Shown: positions 1 to 10,049, counted from the stretch's first letter. The stretch: DNA of 64,000 bases from Phormidesmis sp. (GCA_965248535.1 CBDFJR010000002.1:2272001-2336000); one strand, 5' to 3'. Numbers and translations: made by a program. Notes: generated from the sequence alone by a model not told the origin.

Positions 1-873
1 CTTGATGTTTTAGCGCTTCTCTTTCTGCAAGGAAAGGGCTTTCGCTATATCGAAGCCTTGGTGATCACCCTCGTTGCAACGGTGGGCATCTGCTTTGCTG
101 TTGAGATTCTCTTTTCTCGCCCAGATGTTGGCGGCATTTTGCAAGGCTATCTGCCCAACCGTGAAATCGTTCGCAATCCTGAAATGCTGTATCTCGCGAT
201 CGGGATTCTAGGAGCAACCGTGATGCCCCATAATCTCTATCTACATTCCTCTATTGTGCAAACTCGCGCCTGGGAACCCACTCCTCAAAAGCGCTGGGAA
301 GCGATCAAATTTGGCACGATCGATTCAACCGTGGCGCTGTCGTTGGCGTTGTTTATCAACTCAGCGATTCTGATTGTTGCCGCCGCTGTGTTTCATTCGT
401 CTGGCAATCAAAACGTTGCCGAAATTCAAGATGCCTATCATCTTCTATCGCCGCTGCTGGGCATGAGTGGTGCTAGCGCGATTTTTGGGTTAGCGCTGCT
501 GGCTTCGGGGCAAAGCTCAACGCTGACAGCAACCCTAGCCGGGCAGATCGTGATGGAAGGATTTTTGCACATCCGAGTGCGTCCGTGGGTGCGTCGTTTG
601 GCGACTCGACTGATTGCGATCGTGCCCGCTTTGATCGCCATTATTTTCTTTGGTGAACACAGCACCGGAACCCTGCTGGTGTTTAGTCAAGTGATTCTGA
701 GTTTACAGCTATCGTTTGCCGTGATTCCTTTAGTGATGTTTACCAGCGATCGCCGTTTAATGGGAGAGTTTGTCAACCCTCCTTGGCTAAAGGTCATGGC
801 CTGGGCTGTTGCAGTCGTGATTGCCGGGCTGAATGGCTGGCTGTTGATCCAGACGATGGGGATCGTGAATTAA
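1..873 (+). CDS. mntH: Nramp-family divalent metal (Mn2+) transporter, 5' part outside window
   Basis: Frame is open from base 1. It has the GATVMPHNLYLHS and GQSSTLTATLAGQIVMEGF Nramp motifs and many TM helices. Confidence 0.93.
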   Translation, partial: LDVLALLFLQGKGFRYIEALVITLVATVGICFAVEILFSRPDVGGILQGYLPNREIVRNPEMLYLAIGILGATVMPHNLYLHSSIVQTRAWEPTPQKRWEAIKFGTIDSTVALSLALFINSAILIVAAAVFHSSGNQNVAEIQDAYHLLSPLLGMSGASAIFGLALLASGQSSTLTATLAGQIVMEGFLHIRVRPWVRRLATRLIAIVPALIAIIFFGEHSTGTLLVFSQVILSLQLSFAVIPLVMFTSDRRLMGEFVNPPWLKVMAWAVAVVIAGLNGWLLIQTMGIVN

Positions 874-897
874 ATCACTTCGACCATTGCCAGGGTG

Positions 898-935
898 TCT
901 TGCCCTCTCTCCCAGCTTGGAAGAGGGGAGCAAGA
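898..935 (+). terminator. Stem-loop after mntH (TCTTGCCCTCTCTCCCA...TGGAAGAGGGGAGCAAGA)
   Basis: Imperfect inverted repeat 25 bp after the stop codon. There is no U-tract, so it may be a degenerate dispersed repeat. Confidence 0.4.
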
Positions 936-1043
936 GTAGAGTATCCCCATTAGTCTCGCTTGGAGGATTGAAATTCTGATGCTTAAAAAAGTCCACATCT
1001 GCATTCTTCCACTACAATCGAGGTCATTCCAACGCGGGTCATC

Positions 1044-1901
1044 ATGTCAGTCGCAACTTCCTCTAAAAAAGCTTTTCCATTTTGGACACTTTTGACGATC
1101 GCCGCCAATGGTTTCTTGATCGCGATCGTGATTTTGTTTGTGTTGAGACACGAGCGCGCCGCCACGCCACGGGCTACGCCGCCTCAATCACCGCTTTCTG
1201 TTGCCTCAGACCCGCCAAGCTCATCGATCGACCAACTTGAAAAACGGCACCCTCTCACCTATCAGCAATGGGTCAGTTTGCTGGGCAAAGAAGCCAAAGC
1301 CGTTGTTAAAAATAAGCCCGATCGCTTAACCATTCTGGCTGGAGATTCTCTCAGTCTTTGGTTTCCGTCTGAGTTGCTGCCTAGTGATCGCATCTGGCTC
1401 AATCAAAGCATCTCTGGCGAAACCACGATCGGGTTGCTCAAACGCCTAAATTTGTTCGACAGCACCGAGCCACAAGCCATTTTTGTGATGATTGGCATCA
1501 ACGATCTAGCCAAAGGCACCCCTGATCAAGAGGTGTTAGAGTCCTATCAAAAAATTATCACAGACTTAAAACAAGCCCACCCCCACTCTAAAATCGTGGT
1601 GCAGTCGATTTTGCCCCACGGCGCTGACCCCGACCCCACCCTTGAGAAACGTCAGCAGCTTTTAGAAATTTCTAACAAACGGATTCACACCCTCAATCAG
1701 GCTCTAGAGACGATCGCCAAAACCGCAGAAGTCTCTTATCTCGATTTGCAGCCCCTAGTGGTCGATGACGAAGGATATCTACGATCGGAGTTTACCACTG
1801 ACGGCTTGCACCTCAATCGGCAGGGATATTTGGTGTGGCGATCGGCGATTCAAACCTTTGAACAATTGGTGTTAGACCCTCAACCTCATGAGAAACTTTA
1901 A
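1044..1901 (+). CDS. SGNH/GDSL hydrolase with N-terminal membrane anchor
   Basis: GDSLS, GIND and DGLH blocks; hydrophobic N-terminus. Confidence 0.88.
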   Translation: MSVATSSKKAFPFWTLLTIAANGFLIAIVILFVLRHERAATPRATPPQSPLSVASDPPSSSIDQLEKRHPLTYQQWVSLLGKEAKAVVKNKPDRLTILAGDSLSLWFPSELLPSDRIWLNQSISGETTIGLLKRLNLFDSTEPQAIFVMIGINDLAKGTPDQEVLESYQKIITDLKQAHPHSKIVVQSILPHGADPDPTLEKRQQLLEISNKRIHTLNQALETIAKTAEVSYLDLQPLVVDDEGYLRSEFTTDGLHLNRQGYLVWRSAIQTFEQLVLDPQPHEKL

Positions 1902-1992
1902 GGATCGCGGGTTTAACTGAGATCGGCCCCCATTCCCAAACGCGCCCCCGTTGAACCCATCCCCCTTTTTGCCTGTCTTTTGGAGCAAGTCA

Positions 1993-3687
1993 ATGCAAAC
2001 CTATGATGTCGTCATAATTGGTGCAGGCCACAATGGATTGGTCTGTGCCGCTTACCTGCTCAAAGCGGGTTATAGCGTTTTGCTGCTTGAAAAGCGTCCG
2101 GTTCCCGGTGGAGCGGCGACGACTGAGGAGGCAATGCCCGATCGCGCACCAGGGTTTAAGTTTAATCTCTGCGCGATCGACCATGAGTTTATTCATCTAG
2201 GCCCGGTGGTCGAGGAACTAGAACTCACAAAGTATGGGCTGGAATATCTGTTTTGTGATCCCGTCGTGTTTTGTCCGCACCCCGACGGGAGGTATTTTTT
2301 GGCGCATCGATCGGTTGAGAAAACCTGTGCCGAGATTGCGCGATATAGCGATCGCGATGCCAAAAAATATGCAGAATTCACCGATTTGTGGCTGCGAACG
2401 ATTAGCGCCATGACTCCGATGTTTAACGCGCCGCCCAAGTCAGTCATAGAAATTTTGGGCAATTATGACCTGAAAAAACTCAACGATTTCTTCTCAGTGG
2501 TTGGCTCTTCTAACAAAGCGCTAGATTTTATTCGCACTATGCTAACGAGTGCCGAAGACATTCTCAACGAGTGGTTTGACACCGAAATTGTCAAGGCTCC
2601 CCTCGCGAGATTGGCGGCAGAGTTGAGCGCCCCGCCGTCGCAAAAAAATCTGGCGATCGGGGTGATGATGATGTCGATGCGCCACCATCCCGGTATGGCG
2701 CGGCCTAGAGGCGGCACAGGGGCGCTAGTTGCGGCGTTGGTAAAGTGCGTTAAAAGTTTGGGCGGTGACATTCTCACCGATCAGCAGGTGAAACAAGTGT
2801 TAGTAGATGACGGTCGAGCCGTGGGTGTGCGGCTTGAGAATGGCACCGAATATCGGGCCACGCGAGGCGTGATTTCCAATATCGATGCAAAGCGATTATT
2901 TTTGCATTTGGTCGATGAAACCGATGTTAACAAAGCCGATCCAGCCCTGCGCGATCGCTTAGATCGCCGCATCGTCAACAACAATGAGACCATTCTCAAA
3001 ATCGATTTAGCGATGTCAGAGCCGTTAAACTTTGAGCACCATCAGCATCAAGATGAATTTTTAATTGGCTCAATTTTGATTGCAGATTCTGTTAAACACG
3101 TTGAGATTGCCCACACCGATCCCGCGATCGGCAGAATTCCCGATGCCGATCCCTCAATGTATATCGTGCAGCCCACACTGCTCGATCCCACCATGGCCCC
3201 TGATGGCAACCACACGCTGTGGATTGAGTTCTTTGCGCCCTACCAAATCGAAGGCGCAGAAGGCACTGGGCTAAACGGCACAGGCTGGACAGATGACCTT
3301 AAAAATCGAGTTGCCGATCGCGTGATCGATAAACTCGCCGACTATGCCCCAAATGTCAAAAAAGCCACGATCGCACGCCGGGTCGAAAGTCCGGCAGAAC
3401 TCAGCGATCGCTTAGGTGCTCTCAAAGGCAATTATTATCACATTGATATGACGCTCGATCAGATGGTTTTTTTCCGACCGTTGCCAGAGTTGGCAAATTA
3501 TAAAACTCCGATCGAGGGGCTATTTCTCACAGGCGCAGGCACTCACCCCGGCGGCTCGATTTCAGGAATGCCAGGACGCAACTGTGCGCGGGTGTTTTTG
3601 CATCATCAAGCCCCGATCGCTCAAACCTTGAGAGATGTCAGAGAGTCGGTGAAATCTGCGGCAAGCTCAATCTTTGGGAAGGACTGA
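1993..3687 (+). CDS. crtO: CrtO-type beta-carotene ketolase (phytoene desaturase-like FAD oxidoreductase)
   Basis: GAGHNGL dinucleotide motif, FNLCAIDHEFIHLGP, and C-terminal GAGTHPGGSISGMPGRN. ATG 1993 is preceded by GGAG. Confidence 0.85.
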   Translation: MQTYDVVIIGAGHNGLVCAAYLLKAGYSVLLLEKRPVPGGAATTEEAMPDRAPGFKFNLCAIDHEFIHLGPVVEELELTKYGLEYLFCDPVVFCPHPDGRYFLAHRSVEKTCAEIARYSDRDAKKYAEFTDLWLRTISAMTPMFNAPPKSVIEILGNYDLKKLNDFFSVVGSSNKALDFIRTMLTSAEDILNEWFDTEIVKAPLARLAAELSAPPSQKNLAIGVMMMSMRHHPGMARPRGGTGALVAALVKCVKSLGGDILTDQQVKQVLVDDGRAVGVRLENGTEYRATRGVISNIDAKRLFLHLVDETDVNKADPALRDRLDRRIVNNNETILKIDLAMSEPLNFEHHQHQDEFLIGSILIADSVKHVEIAHTDPAIGRIPDADPSMYIVQPTLLDPTMAPDGNHTLWIEFFAPYQIEGAEGTGLNGTGWTDDLKNRVADRVIDKLADYAPNVKKATIARRVESPAELSDRLGALKGNYYHIDMTLDQMVFFRPLPELANYKTPIEGLFLTGAGTHPGGSISGMPGRNCARVFLHHQAPIAQTLRDVRESVKSAASSIFGKD

Positions 3688-4905
3688 GGGCAAATTTAGC
3701 GATCGCCCCCCTGATGCGGGTAGTGAGGATTGCAGCGCTGATAAATCGTCTTCAGCCTCATGACTCAGAATGAGAGCGTAGTGATCAAAATCATTCAAGC
3801 TCGCGTTAAAGGTTTTCCCTTCGCTGTGATCTGCGGTGGCGCGATCGGGTTTCATCGAGCTATTGACTAAAGTTTGCTGTTGCTCAGGATCAGCAGCAGC
3901 CCGACGTTGATTGGTCAACAAAAATGCGGCATTCAACGTGTCAAGAGCCGCGCTTTGCCGGGCTGCATCTGCCAGATCAAACTCATCTGCCCAGCTAAAC
4001 CCAAACTGATTGAGATGATTGCGGCTCTGCCACCAAATCGATCGGGCATTTTCAGCAATAAACTTCTTATATTCCGGTTTAGGAGAAGTCTGGTAAAGAT
4101 AAGCCAAATTTTTCATAAAAATGCCCTTAAACTGCGGAGCATCGTCACCACACTTTGCCGGATCACAGGGTTCTTGCAGCACTCCGTTAGGCGATAGATG
4201 GGTGATGGCAGCTTGCGCGATCGCGTGGGCCTGAGTCAACAAGTCGCGATCGTGGGTGCTTTTATAAAGATCGACCAACCCGCCTAAAATCACGCCTTGA
4301 TTATAAGTCCAGGTCGTTTGTCCATTATTTTTACAATCGTTATCCAGCCCGTCATTTACAAGGTTAGCTTGATTGATCAGCTTAGTGTTCTTAAACCACT
4401 TCCATTCCCGTTCTGCCCAGTCTAAATAGCTGCCTGCCCCTTTGTCTCCTGGGGTTCTGAGATGCAATCGGGCTGCGATTGTTAAAAACAACTCGTTGGT
4501 GATCGCATTTTTATATTGTCGTTTTTTATGCCACCAAACTCCCCCATCACAGGTTGAATCCCAGCCTTGCTTCATGTCATTAAAAATGGTCTTCGCCATC
4601 GTTAAATAGCGAGTTTCACCCGTCAGATCATAAGCTTTGATCCAGGTAATGGCCCACCAGCCCTCATCATCATTAAACCAAGGATTCAGAAATTGGCTCG
4701 GTTTATTTTTCTCAAACGTGTTAAAGATGTTGCCCTGATAGGTTCTTGTATTAGTCACCATTGAGTAGTCGATCGTGGTTTCTAAGGCGTTAGCAGAATT
4801 CCACCAGTTTGTTGAATTCCACAGTCCAGTTGAGAGGTTATAAAAGAGTTGCAGTGCCGCCATACCTGCGGCCATGCTGGCGTGATCACTTCCGGGTAAA
4901 AACAT
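3667..4905 (-). CDS. Glycoside hydrolase family 76 protein
   Basis: NDDEGWW catalytic Asp pair, KNAITNELF, WTYNQG and FKGIF motifs. ATG 4905 follows AAGGA. Confidence 0.88.
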   Translation of the reverse strand: MFLPGSDHASMAAGMAALQLFYNLSTGLWNSTNWWNSANALETTIDYSMVTNTRTYQGNIFNTFEKNKPSQFLNPWFNDDEGWWAITWIKAYDLTGETRYLTMAKTIFNDMKQGWDSTCDGGVWWHKKRQYKNAITNELFLTIAARLHLRTPGDKGAGSYLDWAEREWKWFKNTKLINQANLVNDGLDNDCKNNGQTTWTYNQGVILGGLVDLYKSTHDRDLLTQAHAIAQAAITHLSPNGVLQEPCDPAKCGDDAPQFKGIFMKNLAYLYQTSPKPEYKKFIAENARSIWWQSRNHLNQFGFSWADEFDLADAARQSAALDTLNAAFLLTNQRRAAADPEQQQTLVNSSMKPDRATADHSEGKTFNASLNDFDHYALILSHEAEDDLSALQSSLPASGGRSLNLPSVLPKD

Positions 4906-5080
4906 GTCTGGTTCCTTTGTCCAACGTTGCAATTGAGAATCGTCTCAAGCTCACCGAGCAAAGTTAGGAAAATCGCTTCGCCTACTTAAATGGCTCTGTT
5001 CTTTAAAAGACGATCGTGCCCTTGCATAGGTTACAGCCTGGTGATTCTCTTTCGATAAATCCTAATAAATTTCTTGATCA

Positions 5081-5105
5081 GGGCACGCCGCACCCAACGG
5101 TGCCC
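5081..5105. repeat. REP-like palindrome GGGCAC...GTGCCC
   Basis: GGGCACGCCGCACCCAACGGTGCCC has the same arms as the palindromes at 20535 and 57757. Confidence 0.45.
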
Positions 5106-5119
5106 AAGATTCACTGCTC

Positions 5120-5158
5120 AAAAAAAATACCTAACCCCCTTCTGCAAAGAGGTTAGGT
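5120..5158 (-). terminator. Intrinsic terminator with no adjacent upstream CDS
   Basis: Minus strand reads ACCTAACC...GGTTAGGT (stem), then A and a run of nine T. Confidence 0.75.
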
Positions 5159-5889
5159 TAATAGTCAGCGATTAGAAGCAACCCGATCAAGAAACGTTTT
5201 TGCAAACCCTTATCAATCTCAAAAACTTACGTTGTCACTGCTTCAACAGCATTCTGAAAAGGTAGTTATTGTGGATCAATCTGCTTGGCGTTCAGTGATT
5301 ACTCTAGTTCTAGCTTACCGCTAAATGAGATGGCAAGGTTAAGTCAGTAAATTTACAGACAATTTACGCGGTTGTTATAAAAGTGAACTCTATAACTTGA
5401 GAATATTCAACCAAAGAGAGCGATCGTAAAATTACTCATAGATTAAGAATTGCTCAAGATTCTCTTAAATTAGGTAAAGATTGTCAGGCGCAATTTTGCC
5501 ATAAAAGTGAAGATTAAATAAAATACTTTGGTAGAGCTTTGATCATAACCATTGATTAACAATAATTGGTATCAGCCAAAGTCAGCGAATTCCACTGAAA
5601 TCGCGACGTTCAAAGCGGCTCGACCAGCCCCCGGTATTCCGCAACAGCCCTTAAAACGCCCCTTTAAGCCCTCAGAAGTTTTAGCGCTTTCCTGCATTTT
5701 AGATCTTCCTTTAGCAACCGTTTAGGCGCTTATTGCTGCTCTGTTTACCTGGTTTTAGCGAGGTCGTCACCTGTGAGAACGATTAAAAAAGTTTCATCCA
5801 ACTCCCTCAAGTCAACTGAGACGAGCCACCCGTTAACGGCTCACCCAACCGTTAGAAGCGAACTGGCCCAAGCCGCCCAAGGGGTGCCA

Positions 5890-8800
5890 ATGTCTGAAGA
5901 AACGATCGAAGCGACTTACCCCTTGTCTTCGATGCAGCAAGGAATGCTATTTCACAGCTTATATCAGCCCCGATCGGGCATCGACATTGAGCAGATAGTG
6001 TGTCGGTTGCCCGAAGCGATCGACGTGAAAAGCTTTCTCAAAGCCTGGAACTGCACCGTAGACCGTCACCCCATTTTAAGAACCCGATTTTTATGGGACA
6101 GTGCCCACGAGCCGACTCAGATCGTGCACCAGCGGGTTAGACTTCCCTTCAAGCAACAAGATTGGCGAAGTGACTCTGCCGCCGAGCAGCGCGATCGTCT
6201 AGCAGCCTACCTCAAGCACGATCGCCAAAAAGGGTTTGACCTGACTCAATCTCTCAATTGCGAACCTTTGATGCGGCTGGCGTTGTTTCAGATCGCAGAC
6301 GCTGACTATCAGTTTGTTTGGACGTTTCATCACATCTTGCTAGACGGGCGATCGTTTCCGCTGGTGCTGCAAGAAGTGTTTTCATTCTATACGGCGTTTT
6401 GCAAGGGCGATCGCTTATCGCTCAAGCGCCCGCGCCCCTACCGCGACTACATTGAGTGGGCGCAACAGCAAGACTTTTCAGTCTCTCAAAGCTTTTGGCA
6501 GCAGTTGCTCAAAGGCTTTGAGACCCCCACTCCTCTCTTATCGGCCCAAGCGTCGAGCCAGTTGCCGTCTGAGGGGGGGCATCACGAGGTCAAGCTTCGA
6601 CTGTCTGACGAGTTGATGATGGGGTTGCGATCGTTTGCCGATCAGTCTCAAGTGACCCTGAACACGATCGTGCAAGGGGCTTGGGGGCTGCTGTTGAGCC
6701 GCTATAGCGGTGAATCTGATGTTGTGTTTGGCGCAACCAGAGCCTGCCGAAAATCGACCGTTGCGGGGGCTGAGTCGATGGTGGGGTTGCTCATCAACAC
6801 CCTGCCCGTGCGAGTCAAGATTGACCCTGAGGCTGCTCTGTTGCCGTGGCTGAGAGAGCTACGATCGCAGCATCTCGCCGTCCGCCCTCACGAACATACG
6901 CCGCTCGTTCAGGTGCAGACTTGGAGCGATGCGCCACGAGGGGTGGCTTTGTTTGAAAGCCTGGTCATGTTTGAGAGCTACGACTTGAATGATCGGCTTC
7001 GGCAGCAGGGTGGCGCTTGGCAACATCGAGAGATTCAGCTTTTAGAACAGCCCTCTTTTCCCCTCGTGCTGATGGCGTGTCTGGGGTCTGCGTTAACGCT
7101 CAAAATTTCCTACGATCGCACTCGCTTTGATCAAGCCGCCATTCAGCGAATGCTCGGTCATCTTCAAACCCTGCTAGAGAGCATGGTGGCCCACCCGACT
7201 CAACGGCTCGGTGAGTTGCCCTTGCTTACCTCCGCCGAGCGCCATCAGTTGCTCTCAGAATGGAATGACACCGCCGCCGCCTATGCCCAAGATACGTGTC
7301 TGCATGAACTGTTTGAAGCCAAAGCCAAACAGACTCCTGACGCGATCGCGGTTGTCTATGACACGCACTCTCTCACCTATCAAGACCTGAATCAGCAAGC
7401 CAATCAGTTGGCGCATCACCTCAAACAGTTGGGCATTGGATTAGGCTCCTTTGTGGGTGTTTATATGAATCGGGGCTTAGAGATGATTCCTGCCCTGTTA
7501 GGCATCCTCAAAGCGGGCGCTGCTTATATTCCGCTAGAGCCTACGTTCCCCAACGCCAGAGTGCAGTGGATTTTAGAGTCGCTGTCAGTTCACTGTGTAG
7601 TCTCACAACCCCTTCACCGATCGACCTTTGAAGACCTTCAGCCCCAGCTTCCTGATCTAGAGCATTTGGTTTGTCTGGACGCGATCGCAACCTCAGAGAC
7701 AAGATCTAGCGCAACCTCTGGGCCTCTGCAAGTTTGGCAGCCGTCTGCGCTGCGTCAGTTGCCGACTCATAATTTGCCTAGACAAAGCAGTCCTGATGAC
7801 ACGGCTTACATCATCTTCACGTCTGGCTCAACCGGAACCCCCAAGGGAGTCGTCGTCCGACACAAGCCTGTGATTAATCTGATTGAGTGGGTTAATCACA
7901 CCTTTCAGGTTAATTCTCGCGATCGGGTTTTGTTCATCACTTCCCTATGCTTTGATTTATCGGTTTATGACGTGTTTGGGTTGCTGGCAGCAGGTGGCTC
8001 GATTCGAGTGGTGTCTAGCGAAACAGTGCGTGACCCGCAAGCTATGCTGACCATTTTGCAAACCGAACCCATTACGTTTTGGGATTCTGCCCCTCCTGCT
8101 TTGCAGCAATTAGCGCCATTTTTCTCGACGATCGCGCCTCAAAAAAGTGATCTGCGCTTGGTCTTCATGAGTGGAGACTGGGTGCCAGTCACGCTGCCCG
8201 ATGCCCTTAAAGAAACGTTTCCGGGTGTTGAAGTCGTCTCGCTAGGCGGCGCAACTGAGGCCACAGTCTGGTCAAACTTCTATCGCATTGGTGACGTTAA
8301 CCCCGGTTGGGCCAGCATTCCCTACGGTAAACCGATTCAAAACGCTCAGTATTATGTTTTAGATGATGGCTTTAACCCGTGCCCGATCGGAGTCACGGGC
8401 GAACTCTATATCGGCGGCGATTGTCTGGCATCTGGCTACACCGATCCCGATAAAACCGCAGAGCGATTTATTGCCAACCCTCTAAGCTCTCAGCCGTCGT
8501 CTCGTCTTTATCGCACGGGAGATCTGGCGCGGTTCTTTCCAGACGGCAATCTTGAGTTTTTGGGTCGGATTGACCACCAAGTCAAAATTCGAGGCTTTCG
8601 GATTGAGTTAGGGGAGATTGAGGGGGTGCTATCTCAGCATCGTGCCATCTCAGACTCTGTGGTGGTGGCGCGAGAAGATCAGCCTGGTGACAAGCGGCTG
8701 GTAGCCTACGTTGTTTTGAGTGCAGAGGGTCAGCCGCCCACTGTGAACGATCTTCGCAATTTTCTGCGAGAAAAGCTTCCTGACTATATGGTGCCGTCTG

Positions 8801-9951
8801 CGATCGTGGCTCTCGATCTGATCCCATTGACCCAAAACGGCAAGGTCGATCGCCGAGCGCTGCCAATCCCAGAAGCTAATCGGACGGGGGCACCCAAGGC
8901 TTTTGTGGCTCCTCAGACTGCGATTCAATGTCAGCTTGCAGACCTCTGGCAACAGACCCTAGGAGTCACCGCCATTGGCATCACCGATAACTTTTTTGAG
9001 TTGGGCGGTCATTCGCTTCTCGCGGTCAATCTGGTGACCCAAATCGAGAAGACTCTAGGACAACGGTTGCCAGTTGCGGCGATTTTTCAATCTCCGACCA
9101 TTGAGCAGCAAGCGGCGTTGCTTCAGCAGCCAGAGGTGACGATCGCAGGGTCGGCGATCGCTCCGATTCAGCCAAACGGCTCTAAGCGACCTCTTTTTGC
9201 CATTCACGTTTTGGGAAGAGGTCTCAATTTCTATCGTCCTCTAGCTAGGCATTTGGGGTCAGATCAACCCCTTTATGGGCTAGCTGCTCACCTCAGCGAT
9301 CAGCCCGATGCCCCGCCTAATGAGGTCAAAGCCCTCGCTGCTTACTACATTCAGCAAATGCAGACTGTGCAGCCCCAAGGCCCTTATCACTTAACGGGGG
9401 TCTCGTTTGGAGGCACGATCGCGTTTGAAATGGCTCAACAGCTTCGATCCCAAGGACAAGACGTTGCCTTGCTAGCGCTGTTAGACACGTTTGCACCCTC
9501 AACGGTGGTTAGAAAATTGCCGTTCCGCTCTCGTCTGGCTGCCTATGGTTATCAGCTTTGTCAGATGCCCGTCACCCAGTTTTTAGAGAAGCTTAAAGAG
9601 CAATGGTTAGAACAAACTCTTAAATATCCGACCTTGGCAGCCGTTTATCAATGGGGTTATCGCACCTGCAATCATCCGTTCCCAGAGGCGTTGCAAGACA
9701 TTCTCTACGCGCAGCAAAATTTAGATGCCAACAGTGTCTACGTTCCCAAGATTTATCCGGGTCGCATCCTCTTTCTCAAGGCCAGGGATCAGCACATCAG
9801 CGTTGAGTTTGAGAATGATCCCCGATCGGGCTGGGACGAGTTTTCGGCGGGGGGAGTCGAGGTGCACGAGATTCCGGGCGATCACATTGGAATGTTGCAA
9901 GAACCAAACGTTAGAGCCTTAGCCGAAGCGTTTCAGTTATATCTGGACTGA
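5890..9951 (+). CDS. Single-module NRPS, C-A-T-TE (ORF open from 5773)
   Basis: C: HHILLDG. A: YIIFTSGSTGTPKG, GELYIGG, YRTGDL, NGKVDR. T: FFELGGHSL. TE: GVSFGG and a C-terminal GDH. Confidence 0.95.
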   Translation: MSEETIEATYPLSSMQQGMLFHSLYQPRSGIDIEQIVCRLPEAIDVKSFLKAWNCTVDRHPILRTRFLWDSAHEPTQIVHQRVRLPFKQQDWRSDSAAEQRDRLAAYLKHDRQKGFDLTQSLNCEPLMRLALFQIADADYQFVWTFHHILLDGRSFPLVLQEVFSFYTAFCKGDRLSLKRPRPYRDYIEWAQQQDFSVSQSFWQQLLKGFETPTPLLSAQASSQLPSEGGHHEVKLRLSDELMMGLRSFADQSQVTLNTIVQGAWGLLLSRYSGESDVVFGATRACRKSTVAGAESMVGLLINTLPVRVKIDPEAALLPWLRELRSQHLAVRPHEHTPLVQVQTWSDAPRGVALFESLVMFESYDLNDRLRQQGGAWQHREIQLLEQPSFPLVLMACLGSALTLKISYDRTRFDQAAIQRMLGHLQTLLESMVAHPTQRLGELPLLTSAERHQLLSEWNDTAAAYAQDTCLHELFEAKAKQTPDAIAVVYDTHSLTYQDLNQQANQLAHHLKQLGIGLGSFVGVYMNRGLEMIPALLGILKAGAAYIPLEPTFPNARVQWILESLSVHCVVSQPLHRSTFEDLQPQLPDLEHLVCLDAIATSETRSSATSGPLQVWQPSALRQLPTHNLPRQSSPDDTAYIIFTSGSTGTPKGVVVRHKPVINLIEWVNHTFQVNSRDRVLFITSLCFDLSVYDVFGLLAAGGSIRVVSSETVRDPQAMLTILQTEPITFWDSAPPALQQLAPFFSTIAPQKSDLRLVFMSGDWVPVTLPDALKETFPGVEVVSLGGATEATVWSNFYRIGDVNPGWASIPYGKPIQNAQYYVLDDGFNPCPIGVTGELYIGGDCLASGYTDPDKTAERFIANPLSSQPSSRLYRTGDLARFFPDGNLEFLGRIDHQVKIRGFRIELGEIEGVLSQHRAISDSVVVAREDQPGDKRLVAYVVLSAEGQPPTVNDLRNFLREKLPDYMVPSAIVALDLIPLTQNGKVDRRALPIPEANRTGAPKAFVAPQTAIQCQLADLWQQTLGVTAIGITDNFFELGGHSLLAVNLVTQIEKTLGQRLPVAAIFQSPTIEQQAALLQQPEVTIAGSAIAPIQPNGSKRPLFAIHVLGRGLNFYRPLARHLGSDQPLYGLAAHLSDQPDAPPNEVKALAAYYIQQMQTVQPQGPYHLTGVSFGGTIAFEMAQQLRSQGQDVALLALLDTFAPSTVVRKLPFRSRLAAYGYQLCQMPVTQFLEKLKEQWLEQTLKYPTLAAVYQWGYRTCNHPFPEALQDILYAQQNLDANSVYVPKIYPGRILFLKARDQHISVEFENDPRSGWDEFSAGGVEVHEIPGDHIGMLQEPNVRALAEAFQLYLD

Positions 9952-10049
9952 ATAGCTTGCCCAGACTCTCAACTCTGCGAACAAACAGGGGACGTGTCCG
10001 TAACGTCCTTCACGGTTTTCGCCTGTCGTGAGGAATATGGAGACAAAAA

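Noticed and set aside
4933..4948. Fur-like boxes (TTGAGAATCGTCTCAA here, TTGAGAATATTCAA near 5397) suggesting a siderophore NRPS
   Set aside because: Spacing does not fit a 7-1-7 box, the DNA is AT-rich, and no siderophore receptor or tailoring genes are adjacent.
9988..10010. GGACGT..ACGTCC hairpin between convergent genes
   Set aside because: Short and ordinary; at most a weak terminator or repeat remnant.
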